Below, one piece after another: positions 13,911 to 27,100 of a stretch of DNA of 64,000 nucleotides. The position numbers were made by a program, and so were the translations under genes. The notes below the pieces were generated by a model. That model searched no databases. It saw nothing but the letters and a program-made list of their open reading frames with translations, and was not told where the DNA came from. Positions within the stretch are counted from its first letter, which is position 1. The number at the start of each line of letters is the position of its first letter. This stretch comes from Amoebophrya sp. A120 (taxonomy: Eukaryota > Protista > Dinoflagellata), in contig CAJINV010000012.1 in assembly GCA_905178155.1 (NCBI GenBank), forward strand, positions 1 to 64,000. The letters are read 5' to 3'.

Positions 13911-14747
13911 ACTCTTTGCTAAAAAAGTGGCTTGCAAATAGCCGGGCGCGTCTTTGCATGTAGTTGCGGCACCAGCGCATGTTCATGACCATGGATGTTG
14001 GCGTGTTTATTTCCACTTGTCGTGGCAACTTCACCAGCTACACCCACTTTGATGTTGTAGTGAGCCGCTTCCGTTCGAACATACTACACGCATGACAGAT
14101 GTAGACGTAGGTATCGCATGAACCAAGAGCCGCTGGCTCTGGGAGTTGATACCACTATTTCTTTCTAAAATCAGGTTCTGAAGAACCCGTTCCTTGCGGG
14201 CATCACGGAAACACGACGGCTGAAAGGTGAAACCGAGTCGCAACAGGCTGCTCCGGTCAATCACGAGTTAGACCCAGACGACGCAATGGAGTACTTAGTC
14301 TCGATCCATAGCCAGCCACAACAACGAGACGTCGAGGAGCAGGAAAATTATACCCCAGAAGCTACAGGAGCAACAGCGCAATCGGAGAAGGAGTTTTTCT
14401 CGTACTCTTGATTACTAGTTATTTTGCTTTATTCAAAAGCGTTTGCTCGAAGTAGTACAAACAGAGCTTCTGCTTTTGTTGAGAATGAAATTCAATTTCT
14501 ATCGTGTCACTGCCTCTTTCTCTCCTTCTACTTGATGAGCAGCGGCGAAGTCGCTCAGGCGAAAGAATGACAAAAAAGCGAGGACACGACATCATAGTAC
14601 AAATGATAATAAAGTACGGCAAAGATGACAAACAGAGAGAACAAAGGCAATGACAAACGACATCTATTTAGATGATAAGACCGATCATTTCATCCTCCCT
14701 ACAGAAACCAACTCCCCGTCGAACACGAAGACGCGTCTCCAGACAAG

Positions 14748-15083
14748 ATGGAGAACACCCAGGGGACGAGCGCGGGATTCTTGGACGGCAGCCGGTCGAG
14801 CAACAGTGCGAGTTCCCAGCAATCAGGGGCGACTCCGATCATGACAAACCCGCCCGACGAGCACTACGATTCAGCGACCAAGAAGGCTACTACCAAAATC
14901 CAGCTAGTGGAGGAAAACACTGCGGGAGCTGCGAGCGAAGGGGCCGGCTTGTCCACTCCAAAGCGAAGCAGTTTCGTGCGTGGGATGCGCGCATTCTTCG
15001 AACGAACCCCCTCATCTGCTTCAAGTTCGTCGTGCTCATTGTCGCCCGCGAAAGAGCGGGGGTGCGAGCGACGGTCGGACTAA
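14748..15083 (+). CDS. Possible small Ser/Thr-rich orphan protein
   Basis: ATG-started 111-aa ORF MENTQGTSAG... Confidence 0.3.
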   Translation: MENTQGTSAGFLDGSRSSNSASSQQSGATPIMTNPPDEHYDSATKKATTKIQLVEENTAGAASEGAGLSTPKRSSFVRGMRAFFERTPSSASSSSCSLSPAKERGCERRSD

Positions 15084-16799
15084 CTTGACAGCCTACAGGA
15101 TAGCTGAATACTTTTGGAAGCAAGCAGGTGCACAAATTGTATCTACTCATGCTTCTCAGTAGTTGTTTATGTGTGTCTACAGAATGTAGTATGTTAGTTT
15201 CCTCAATTTTGTTTAATGCCTCCATGATGCCGATTCATCGCGATTATGTGTGATGTCATCATTTATTCCGAGAAACAAAATCCAGGTGTAACACTCTGTG
15301 GTCGAAAGCATCTCACTCTCACGCGGATACTCTAGGAGAAAAAGTTGATGGGACAGGTACTTGTACTACCAGAAGTACTGCTGCTTCTTTTATTTTCATC
15401 TTGCGAAAAGTTAAAGTGCCACGACATAGAATGCGTCGTCTGACTTCGGAACTTCTTTCTTTAGTTCATGGAATAACTATCAGGTGCTTCTTCCGAGGCT
15501 TTTCACTGTCACTGATATGATCTTCTGCACGAATAGATGACGCCGAGCTGCTCACTTTCAGTAGGATAACTACTTACGGATGTGCTTGCGGGCCAGTCAT
15601 TGTCATGCACGAGGACCAGACGAGAAGAGATGCAAGATGTCCCAGACATCTTGAAGTTTTTAATTTGAAATTACATTACAACTAAATCAATCTGACAAGC
15701 AAATGCTGACTTGTGCTACCTCCTATGGATGTAATCGGATTTTTACAAGGGCAAGAATAATAGCTCGCTGAACAGATACAGATCTCGAAGTTTGGTTTTC
15801 CGTTTGAACAGAATTTTATTGATTCTTGAGGAGACTCAATACAAATCTTGAGCCCTTGTATGTAAGAACTAGAACTAAAATTGACCTTGTGACGGATATT
15901 TAGGATTCGGGTTTCGATTTCAAAATAAAAGTAGAGGCTGGAGCTAACCTGGCGAGTTATACCAGATCTTAATCAGCACAGAGCCACCCCCCTTGTTTTC
16001 ATTTTCAAAGAACACGACGTGGATTAAAATGGACAGAATTATTGCGAGCTTTGTAAGAAGAAGAGCAGTGCCCCCCGGCAGTCGCAGTTCTACGCGAAAA
16101 CCAATGCGCACGCGCTCCATCATGAGCTCGTCACGGCCGTCAGGGTAAATGGACAATCAATTTTTTCTGTGAACTAACTATCGTATTTGTGTCGTGTTCT
16201 GTTGAGGCTTCACCCGAAGAAGACCCTTGGTGCGGCTAAGTTCTTGTGATTTTTCAGAAGGAAGATTTGGTTAGGTTCTACAAGAGAAATTCGGTGATGC
16301 GCGGTCTACTTCTTTGTATGATGATGTGTACGTTGACTGGCGTTTGCGTTTAGAGAGTAATACAGAATGAGTCTAGAACTGATGCTCGGGGGTTTTGCAG
16401 TTGCGCGCCGTTTTGCGTGCCTCTTCCTTTATTTTCGCATCCTGCGGCAGGGGTTGAGACGAAATTTTCATTGCGAGTAGCGAGAGTGTACGAGATTCCA
16501 AGCACGATTGCAGCCTCAGTTAGTAGAGGACGCAGTTGAAGTTGTAGAAACCGAGGAGCGACCCGCTCACAAAGGAATGACCGGAGCGCGAGCGATAGTG
16601 AAAATGATTGCGCCTTGTGTCATTAGCAATAGCATAAGCATTTCGATGATACTGGTGGAAATATGGGGCCAGCGCTTTATTTGTTCAACATCAGCGTATA
16701 GAACAGTGAAGAAGCAAAAGGAGGAGCAGGGCAAGCGCATCCCTACACTGCAGACCGCCGCGCATGTACTGAAAGACGATGCCGCCTCCTATTCTTGAA

Positions 16800-17590
16800 T
16801 TTATTTCAAACAAGCGCGGCAACAACGACAAGGCCCGTCGCTTATGGCGAACTCCATCAGCGACCTGGAGGCGCGGCCTGTCTCGCCCCAATTCAGAAGA
16901 GGCGCGAGCCGGCCCGGGAGCTTTTCGGGCCGGCCTCCCTTCTCTGCCCTGGCTGCCGCGCGGCAACGCGGCGGCCGGGCGCTGGGCGTCTCTACACTGA
17001 TGCGGCCCCTTTCGCGGCACCCCCATACGCCCACGGTTACGCGTTCTCCCTGCGTGGAGGGCCGGCCCGCGGCGCGCCCGCGGCTTTCTAGCCGCGCACC
17101 TGTTTGCGCCAGGCTGGTTGCCTGTCAAGGAAGGTGTGGCTGCGCACTACCTCGCCCCGCCAATCCGCGTGCCCCAGGCTCGCGCAGGTCTTGCGTCGGA
17201 TCGAAAAAACGCAGAAGAACTTGCTGCAGTACAAGAAAGACAGGAATTGGAAGCGCGCGCCGGATATTCGCGCAAACTTCTAGCACGCGGTGGACTTGAT
17301 CGGCCACATGATGTCGTTGCTTGGGCGCGCCGACCCGGTTGTAGCCCTGGCTTCTGGCGCCGAACCTTCTTGCGCCGGGCTGCTTGCCGGGGTTTGGTTG
17401 CGCAAGCCCCAGCCCCGCTAGTTTGTGGCGCAGCAAGCTGGGCCGCGCGCGTATTTTCCCCCATTCGCACTCCAGCGAGCGCGCCCGCCGGGTTGTGGTG
17501 CGCAGGCGGGCGCTGTCACGCAAGCAGCAATTGCATGGTTTGGCTGTGCCCAGACCGCCCGCCCGCGATGCCTGGGCAGGAGTGGTCTTC
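16800..17590. mobile_element. GC-rich intergenic block, probable non-autonomous transposon relic
   Basis: Abrupt GC rise, no credible ORF, composition like the interior of the 33452-34491 TIR element; ends not defined. Confidence 0.4.
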
Positions 17591-18163
17591 ATTGTCTGCT
17601 TCTTTTTATCGTGGTATATTCAAATACAAACCACACGTGATCCCTATGTATGAGTCCGAGCGCTCGTCGCAATACCCTCGCCCGGCTTCGTGTCAACGTG
17701 TTCGCTCTCACCGGAAGCGGAAGATAGGCTCTTAAGTGGGTATTTGTATGTGTGTTTGGATGCCGAGGCCTGCTATGATTCATACGACAGATGGTTACGA
17801 AAACGGCTTGATCAAATGAAATTGGATGACGTTCTGGATCGTCTCTCAAGAAAAAGTAGCTTGTCGTTGTCCTTGTCGTCTCATCGGGAAATAAAGAGTG
17901 TGCAGCTGTTTTCTCCTTCGCTCAAGGTTATCGTACTGCCAAATAAAATTTGAGCTTGCTCTCAACGCCCTGAAGTAAAGAACTCACTGACTACCCCAAA
18001 GAGGTTGTCGATTTCCTCACGGCGATCAAATTGCTACGGCGACACATCAAGAATTGGACACTGCTTGCTGCCCGTGCAGCCTGCCTGTATCCTGTTGTTC
18101 CCGTACATATAATTCGTTTGCACAACATAACTCCAATTGTAACTCAGCAAAACCCATACCAAA

Positions 18164-20828
18164 ATGGCGCTTCTTTCGTCAGCCTCCACCGCTCTCGCCC
18201 CCTTCTTGTCTTCCTCTGGAAATAAAATGGCCACCACATCATCTTCAACTGCGCCTCTCGACCACACCCTCTACCTGTATTCCACGGAAAAGCCTTGCAT
18301 CGTGTTGGATTTCGGCCGCCGCTTCACAAAGATCGGACTTTCTGGCGAGTCCCGTCCGCGTTTCGTGCTCGACACACCGGAACTGTACTATCGGCCTTGG
18401 TATGCTTTGCAAATATGTGTGGGTCTGAAAAGGTGGAACTTGTGATGCTGCTTTTGAACAATCCCAACAAAATCTGTATTGCCTGGGCAGCGAGAGAAGT
18501 CTAGTTTTCGGTGCGTGGAGCATTTCTCATTCGGCATAGACATCAAGAAGCATTCAGAAAATCTGTGATGCTAGGAAATACATCACAGACGAGACGTCAC
18601 GGGCCATGTAAAATGCGCATGACATACAAGTTGCAACCTTCCAGACCCGGCACGTTTGCATCTGATACTTGGGTCAGTGAACGGGTGATCGCGACTTCCG
18701 CCTTGGACGACGGCGGGGGTGGGGGTGGAGGGGACGATAAAGTAGAGGGAGACAAACAACGTCGATCGACTTCCTCTTCATCAAAAGCAAGAGCTAGTAG
18801 CTCGTCTAGCGCTTCGAACAAGTCCATGACGCCAGCCAAGCCTCTCCGTGCCTGGATCAAACTGCTCGAACCGCTTCTGGACAAGATTTTTTTTCAGCAA
18901 TTGAAGCTGAATCCCGTGAACAAGAGAATCATTCTCTGCGAGTCCCCCTTCCTTCCCCTTCCCTTCAAATTATGAAGTGCAAAAGCATCGTGCTAGTACT
19001 AATTGCATTACAAATTACCTTAGCGCGACAAATGGAATTTGTGATGCTGTCTTACCTTGGGATGGAGATTTGTAATGCATAATTGCAATTACTACAAGCG
19101 CGATACTTTTGCACAGGATACAGATCCGCGGTTTACTACTTGTTGTTCGAAAAGTTCAAAGCGGGCAGTGTGGTCAGCGTCTGCGACTTGCTGATGCCAC
19201 TGTATTTGACGGGGACGTCGCGGAAGGAGATAGAGTTTGATGGTGGGAAAATGCCAACATCTGCTGACAATTTCCTGTCAACGACGACGCCGAATACTTT
19301 TCTTACAGGCAGTGCCCCTGCTGCCTCAGGAACAATCACAACTTCCTCTTCGTCTTCGCCATTTTCAAGTAAACCAAAGCCCGATCCGCCAGAGCAGATT
19401 GCCACCGGGATTGTGATCGACGTGGGGCATGCGAGTACCCGGATTCTCCCCGTATTTGCCGGCGTGCCACTGTTGACCGCTCTGCAGGAGATCCGATACG
19501 GAGGAGAATCGGTGACGCAGCAGTGGGAAACGATGTTGGCGAAAGCAGCAACAGAACTTCCGTCTTTGATGACAAATAGCATGACAGGCAAAACTGAGCA
19601 GGCGGAGGACTACAAGGTGAAGCTCGGGTTTTTATGAATTGCAAAAGTATCGTGCTCATAGTAATTGCAGATATGCATGACAAATTGCCTCCCAGCGTAA
19701 GCGAGCATGACAATCTGTATTTTTCATCCTGCTGGTGCTGAGCAAACTTTTTCTTTTTGTAAATGCAATTTATACTGAGTGCGAAGATTCTTTTGCGCTG
19801 CATACTCTGTCCGCTACAACAATTTCCCTCCGCCCGACACTTCGAAGCCCGTGAAAGAGAATTCGATGGAGGAAGAGAAACTTTTCAGAGAACTGCTCGG
19901 GGAGGATGGCCGTAGGTTTCTGAACAGGACTGCAGGAACAGGAATGTCTTCGCTCACAGCTGCAGCTGCAGGAGCTGATGCTGATGGCACAACTACTAGT
20001 GCCCCAACAGGAACCACGAGGACGCCACCCTTCGTCATCCCTAGCAGGGCCTCCTCCTCTTCTTCCTCCACAAGGCGCCCCTATTGCCTAAAATGTTGCC
20101 GGCCGCAAGAGAAATGCTTCAGGAACTACGAGATCTTGACCACCTCCAGTGCCGGTAGAGCAAGAACTATGTCCTCTGACGGTGATAATGATGTCAAAGT
20201 TGAGAACTTCGTCGATTCTTCCGAGGACCAGGCCGAGGACTTCGAATCTGAGCTCCTCGTCACGGCCTTTTGGAAAGCGGTTGACCTTTGCCCACTAGAC
20301 GTGAAGACGAAGGTGGTGCAGAACGTCGTCCTGTGCGGCGGACAGAGCGGCGCGATTGGGTTTTTCCCGAGACTGGCGGAGGAGCTCCAGAAATCCGTCA
20401 CAGAAGCAGTTTTGGAGCGGCAGTTTGCGAAAAAAATGGCGAAAAAAGCGTCGTCGAAAACAGGGAGGAAAGACTCGGTGGACAATAGTGCGAAAATGGG
20501 TACTGGTGAACAAATCGCTTTATCCCCAACATCGAAACAACCGAGCAAGAAACTCCTCAACCGCGGGCTCTACGACATCAAATTTGCCCGGATCGACACC
20601 GTTCCGCCACTGACCCGGATTTGGACCGGCGCGAGCTTATTTGGCTCCGTGGTCGCGGTGACATCTCAGCCGAATTTGCCGTCGTCGGGGATAGGAGCGA
20701 GTGCTGCTGGTGGCGGGAGCAGGGGGAGTGGTGTTGATGGTGGGACAAATATTCCTGGGGAGTACACGATGGAACAGTACAAAAATGGAGAACCCATACC
20801 AGATTGGTGCGTGCAAAGTTGCGCATGA
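18164..20828 (+). CDS. ACTR10: Actin-related protein, Arp10/Arp11 (dynactin) type; 4 exons split by 3 introner elements
   Basis: EKPCIVLDFGRRFTKIGLSGESRPR, KLNPVNKRIILCES, GIVIDVGHASTRILPV, NVVLCGG, IWTGASLFG; frame restored by removing each element plus 5 nt; alternative start at 18227. Confidence 0.8.
18401..18667. mobile_element. Introner family B
   Basis: TATGCTTTGCAAATATGTGTGGGTCTG...CAGACCCGGCACGTTTGCATCTGATA; direct repeat CTTGG/CTTGG. Confidence 0.9.
18971..19120. mobile_element. Introner family A
   Basis: TATGAAGTGCAAAAGCATCG...CGATACTTTTGCACAGGATA; DR CAAAT/CAGAT. Confidence 0.9.
19633..19804. mobile_element. Introner family A (diverged)
   Basis: TATGAATTGCAAAAGTATCG...CTTTTGCGCTGCATA; DR decayed (GTTTT/CTCTG) but element+5 nt restores frame. 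Confidence 0.8.
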
Positions 20829-21192
20829 TGATGATGTAGTTGATGATTCATGCTGGTCGCGAAAGGAAGGTTGTGATGGAATACAAAAGTGAGAAAAACA
20901 AGAAACACGCCTGTTCCTGTGTCTGCGGGCATCCGCTGCAGCTTCGGCCGCAAAATTCAGTGACTTGAAAGTTCGAATGTCGAATGGTCATGATGCAATC
21001 TCGCCTGCGGAAGGATCCTCATCCGAACCTGATCTTTCCTTTTTTGAGCTACTTACAGCAGCATTTATGTAAGCACGCGCACAAGTGCTGTCTACTTCAT
21101 TTTCAGTACCACGCGCTCCCGTGACGAAAAAGATCCTTCAAAAGAGAAGCTCAGGATCTAGGGTTGTAGTAGTCAGAGTCACGAAGAACAAG

Positions 21193-24100
21193 ATGAGATC
21201 TTCGCCTCCCACGAGGATGTCGCCGCTCAACAAACTCTCTTGGTTGTTTGCTTTTGCCGGCCCACCTCCGGGGATCGTGACATCTTCTTCGGCAATGTCG
21301 ATTGAGAAGCAAGTGGATTTTTTACTGAAGAAAGCGCGGACGAAAAGCACGACGCCGACGGGGGGAGCAGCTTCTTCTTCTGGCGGTGAATGCGGGGACA
21401 AAACTACTAGCGGGTCATCTCTAGTGTACGCTGATGACGCTGAAGAGTTTGAGATGGAGGTGGAAGCATCTGCTTCATCCTCATCTTCGCTTCTGTCCGG
21501 CACGACAAAACACCAGACCGCAAGAACCCACGAGTACCTGCTCCGCGAATCCGTTCCGATCGGTGGCGATTTGGAATTCGTATCGAGTGCAAATATGTCT
21601 GGGTCTGGAAGGTGGCGGCAACTTGTCATGGTAAATCTGAAGCATGCATAAATCTGTGTTGCATGAGCGTCAAAAGCTGTACACTTTTGACCAACATGGA
21701 AGGGAGTTTCTCACGCAGGATAGGCATGGCAGAGACCTCGCAGATTCTGTCATGCTAAATCACACATTCCAGATCCAGACCTCATTCGCTATGGAAAATC
21801 TGCATGACAAGTTTACACTTTTCCAGACCCAGACAATTTAATTTTTGCACTTGATAACTCGGAGTGAAAAACATCTTCGCCCTCATGCAGAGCATCCAGA
21901 AAATCTACACGGAAACAACGGCCGGATGTGAGGACATGCGGTTGGAGAGGTTGCTGAAATTACGGCTGAAAGTGAAGGACCGAGGGTTTAATTTGCACTC
22001 GAAGGTATACGACGGGACTTAGGACTACAGAGTTAAGTTGTTGTGATGATGCATCATGATTGTGTTTGTGTTGCTAAATTTGGATGAAGAACAGTGCCCT
22101 GGTGTGTGTGAAGATCTCTGTCGATGCGAAACCTGCAATACAAAGTCCGGATTCAAAATGATTTATCTATCAGGTCCTCAACCTCCGCCAGCTAGTAAGG
22201 GAGCACTACACGTTCAACAGCAAAAGCAACCCCCTCACGACATCACTTTCCGAGGAGGCGGAGAGTGACAATACAGTCTTGGACTCCTTAATCTCAACCT
22301 TCACGCTGAAAGACTGGTCGGATTTGCTCTTCGTCTACCAGAGCCGGTTTTTCTTCAGCTACTTTCGGGTTTTGTTCTTCTCGGCATTGACTTCGAAATT
22401 CTACAAAGATTTCTTCCCCGTTTCCGACAGTAAGGGACTGCAGAAGTTGGGCTTTCTCTTCCAAAAAGCAGCGGTGGAGCTGCCGAAGTACTTGACAGGA
22501 CGACAGAGAGATACTAGTGCGGAACAACAAACACATGCAGAACAACAGCATGACAGAGAGGAGTCTTCTGCTCTTGATGAAATCCAGTATCCGAAACAGA
22601 TCTCCTACTTGATCCGCGGGTGTCGGAGTTATCAGGGGTCGAAAAACGCGTTCAAGATCCTCGCGTTGGCGCCGAACCAGGGCCGAGAAGTGCTAACGGA
22701 CGCGAAATTTCAGAATCAGCGGTGCTTGAAGTACAGAAATGACGTGCTGCGGCAATTGCTGGCCGCGAAAGTGGATTTCGTCGACTACACGGCGGAAAGT
22801 AGAACGACGGGAATCTACATCGTCGAGGGGGAACAAGACCATCAGCTGAGTAATATGCGAGACGCAGAGCAAAAGCAAACTCCTCCTCCTGCTCCTTCTG
22901 TACAACACAAACAGAACTTTAACCACCTGGCTTATGAAGAAATGGACCCAACCTCATTACAAACTGGCAACGTCATCACGCATCTGGACGGGATCAAACT
23001 CGAATCCGTTGCGCACTTTCACCAGATTTTACGGCAGAGTTTGGGTGAAGAAGTTGAAGTAGTAGCTTCTTCTACATCTTCAGCCTCGCAGGAACAAGAA
23101 CTACCGTCGAACCCCAACAGTGCTTCCAACGACATCCTCATTTCTGTCGACCGGGACGAGCGTGACAAAATCCATCCTCTTCCGAAAAAAATCAGCGAGG
23201 TAGCGGGGAGTAGATGTTACGAAATGGTGTTCAAAGGTGGTAATAACGTGAAGCTGATTCAAGTAGCAATGCTGAAACTGCTCGGAGATGAGAATTTGGA
23301 AAAGTTGATGCCAGCTTCTACTTCTCGACGACAAAATTTAGATGACGTTGGAGAGGACAACCATCCCGGCTCCTCCGTGGCCGCCACTACAACAACTTTC
23401 CAAAGCAGCGTTAAAAAAAAGCCAACCATCTACAGCCTTGTCGATCCGAAACCATCCAACCTGAAGGAGTCCGTGAACCAGTTGAAACAGAAATATCTCC
23501 CGACTGACTGGTCCGACTTGGATTTTTCCGTGAACATTGACAGGGTGAGACCGGAATGCGCTGTTTTCCGCTCTGATACAATCCACCGGATTGTGATGGA
23601 AAAAATTTCCGAGAAATTATTCCACGGGTTGATTGAGCTGTTGACAATGGACGAGGAGATGCTGGCTTTTGGGCAGGAGGTGAAGCACTGGATTCTTGAA
23701 CGGGAGAAAGATCTGGGGACTTTTTTGAATGAGATGGTTCTTGAGGAGAAGGAAAAAGTGGAGAAAATTCTGGATTTTGTGGTCAAAAAGGAAAAAATGC
23801 GGGAAAATTTCTTTTTCGAAAAAGACCCAGTGGTAGCGCGGGCGGTCGCACGACGAGCGGGAACAAGGTGGGAGGAAGATGCGAGTTCGAGTGAGGACAC
23901 AGCAGAGGAAGACGAGGACGACGAGGACTTGAGTCGCGTTGTGCTGCAGCCAAGCCCAACTGAGCAAGATGTGGACAACAACCTCAGCTCTGCTTCTTCC
24001 ACCTCATCCGCGGGGATTGGCAACGCAACTCTCTGGTCGCCGAACTCGAAGATCGAAGCAGCGGGTGACGATGTTGACGAACTTTCCTTGAACAGCACAT

Positions 24101-27100
24101 CAGCACGACAAAATCGAAAAGCTGATGTTGGGTCAAAGACCCGAGGGCGGTCCAGATCTGCGTCCCGGAAGAAGAAGAAAAAGGGCCTTGTCATCAAACC
24201 CTCCTCCAGTGCGAAACAAATAGCGAGCAGCAGAAGTAGAAGCAAAACTTCTTCTAAAACAAGAACTTATTCCTCCGGCGCATTACACACGCATCACCAA
24301 GGCGGTTCGGATTGGTTTGAGAATCATGCAAATCTACTTCGGGAGCTGTATCCTGAGTAAAAACGTACCCACACCAGAGTCAGGATAGGGATTTTGCAAC
24401 ACAAACCTAGGAGTTTTGTGAGTCACGCATGACAAGTTGCACTCTGCAGTGTAGTGCAGGTTAGCACGTCCAGCCGCATCACAGATTCATCTGCTCATCC
24501 TGTTCACAGCATCACAAATTCCAAAACACGATTGGAAATGGCTCTCATGGGAGTGCGCGTTACAAGTCTTCCTGTCTTGCAAATCTGCATTACAACTCTG
24601 GTGTGGGTACGCTTTTCCTCAGGATAGGCTGCTCCGAAAGTTCAAGATCACCGGTGTTGTGCCCTCAGAAAGCCGGCCTATGAACTGCAAAAGTATCGTA
24701 CTAGTAGTAATTGCAATACAAATTAGCTCAGCATGACAAATGGAGTTTGTCATGCTGTTTTGCCTTGGGATGAAGATTTGTAATGCATGATTGTGATTTT
24801 TACTACGAGTGCGATACTTTTGCACGGGATACGGCCCTTCATCGTGCAACTTCCGGAGGCGGTTTCGGTAGAGGGAAAGTTTTTTGATGAAAAAACGAGC
24901 GGTGTAGTAGGAGTTGCTGATATTGCACCAACGCCAACGTCCTCTACATCTGCGTCCTCTTGTGCTACGGGAGGACGTGCTGCTACCCCTGCTCCGCCAG
25001 TCCTCGGTAAAGGAAAAGGGGGCGGCGCAACACTGATCGAAAATAAAACTACGCTTGATCATCCTGCGACTTCATTTTGCAGTGGCGGAAAGGGATCCGG
25101 GAAGGGATCCTCCTCAGCTGTGTTGCGAAAAGGGAAGGGACCGAGTACTTGTGCTGCTGCGAGCAGCTACCAAAATTTCGTGATGGCGGCGCAACAGAAA
25201 GAGTGGCAAGAAATTCAGGAAGTAGTGCAATCGGTCACCCCGCCGGCCCCCGCGGCGTCTTCTTCATCGTCTTGTCAAAGTCGAATCCGAAGCAGCAGCT
25301 TGGGGAAGAAGGGAAAAGGTGGCTCTTTCCAGTACGACAACTCGAAAACAAACACCGGAAAAGGCAAACTCCTCGCAACACTTCTTGCTGCGTCAAACAC
25401 TTCTGGCGCTGGTCGGAATAAAGGGAAAAACTGCAACATGGTGGATGGCGCAGCTGGCTCATCGGCCGATCCAATTTTGAATGCGCACGGGCGAAGTTAC
25501 AGTGGGGGTGTTTGCAGCGGCGGTCCACCAGGAGCCCCGCAGCGTTTTCTAGACCACAATCATACAACGGGAAATGACGAGGACTCAGAGTTGTGCAGTG
25601 ACGAGGAGCAGGAGGAAATTCCAAACCTTCTCCAACCCACCACTCGTCTTCTTTCCTCAACACCGGATCATCTTCAGGATTCCCACAGCGACCCCGATAA
25701 TTTGGTTTTGGATCTGTCATGCGAGGACAAAGCTGCGCACCAAGTAGACCACGAACCGGAACAGCCGAAGATGAAGGTGATCACCTCAACGCGGTTTCAG
25801 CCTTCCTTCCTTCGTGCCCGGATGATCCTATGGGAGCGTCAGGATCGAAATCGGTAAAGTTGAAAAACAAAAATTTGTGATGCATAAAACCGATACCAGT
25901 TGGAAGCCCAATTTCCAAGCGGCGCATGACAAATTTTGGCACCATCTGAATCCAGTTTGTCACGCTGTTTGGGGAAAGAAGGCGTCTTTTGTCATGCTAC
26001 TGTAGCAGCTCTATCGCAGACCCCAAACAGGCTAACAGTCGGCCTCACTTGCCATCCGTGCAAGAGAGGCGCCCCATGCCCTGCAATTTATGCATGAGAA
26101 GTCGTTTCAACTTTGTCGATTTCGATCGAGCCACCTCCATAGATCCGGGGGATTGGGTACGCGGACTCGCGGGTGTTGGACGAGAAGGGGTTGCTTATCA
26201 AATGCAAATATGTCTGGGTCTGGACTAAACTTGTGATGCTAAAATGTGGATGATGGAAACAGTTCCGAATGCAATCCAGCATGACAACTTTTCAGAACGC
26301 TTTCTCATAGGCAATCCGCATGTTGAGAAGCCGGGTTTTTGCATGTACAAAAGAGGCTGCGACTTTTGTTGGTTATGCAATAGTACAGATTTTCTAGGTA
26401 TGGAAAGCTAGCATTACAAGTTCCAACCATCCAGACCCCGACACATTTGCAATCCATATTGCTGTGGTTCGACTTACTCCGTGGCATGATCGACGTGAGG
26501 ATCAAAGCACCCCTTTTGGAAAAAATCGATCCGTTTTACGAGCGGTTTTTGGCCAAGGGGATTGAGATCTACGACTTTAGCCACCACACCAGCGTGGATT
26601 TCGACGCGCAGACCTTTGAGCCAGCGTACCGATTGGCGGAAATGACCCTGAGGTTGCCGAAGTTTGACGTCGTTGACACAGACACTTCTTCATGTGGAAA
26701 AGTAAAAGCGCCTTTGTCTCAGTCTCGACGACCAGAAGATGACGACGACTCCTCTGCGGAGGACGACCAACGAGGACAGTGTGACGATGCGCTGCAGACG
26801 AGTAGATCACCTTCGTCATCTCGGTCAGTGTCTTTAACCAACTCGTCCCGCTCCTATTCACCGTCCCAGTCCGCCTCACCGGCCCTGTTGATGCGACGCG
26901 CAGAACAACACTCGCGAGTTGGGGAAAGAAGCAGCATCAAAGGCTCGACGACTCTATCGAGGACTAGAAGAACTTCTAGGCGCAAGCTTAGGCGGCGTGG
27001 CACCAGCAGAGGATCTTCATCTTCTAAGCGTGGACATCATCATCAAGCGGACTTGTTCGAAGGCGACACGCGAGTGGATGTTGAGCAGCTGCCCCTTGTC

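Noticed and set aside
16795-17623. TTGAAT...ATTCAA as TIRs of the GC block; likewise TAATTCC...GGAATTA at 41721-42902
   Set aside because: Matches too short and no target-site duplication.
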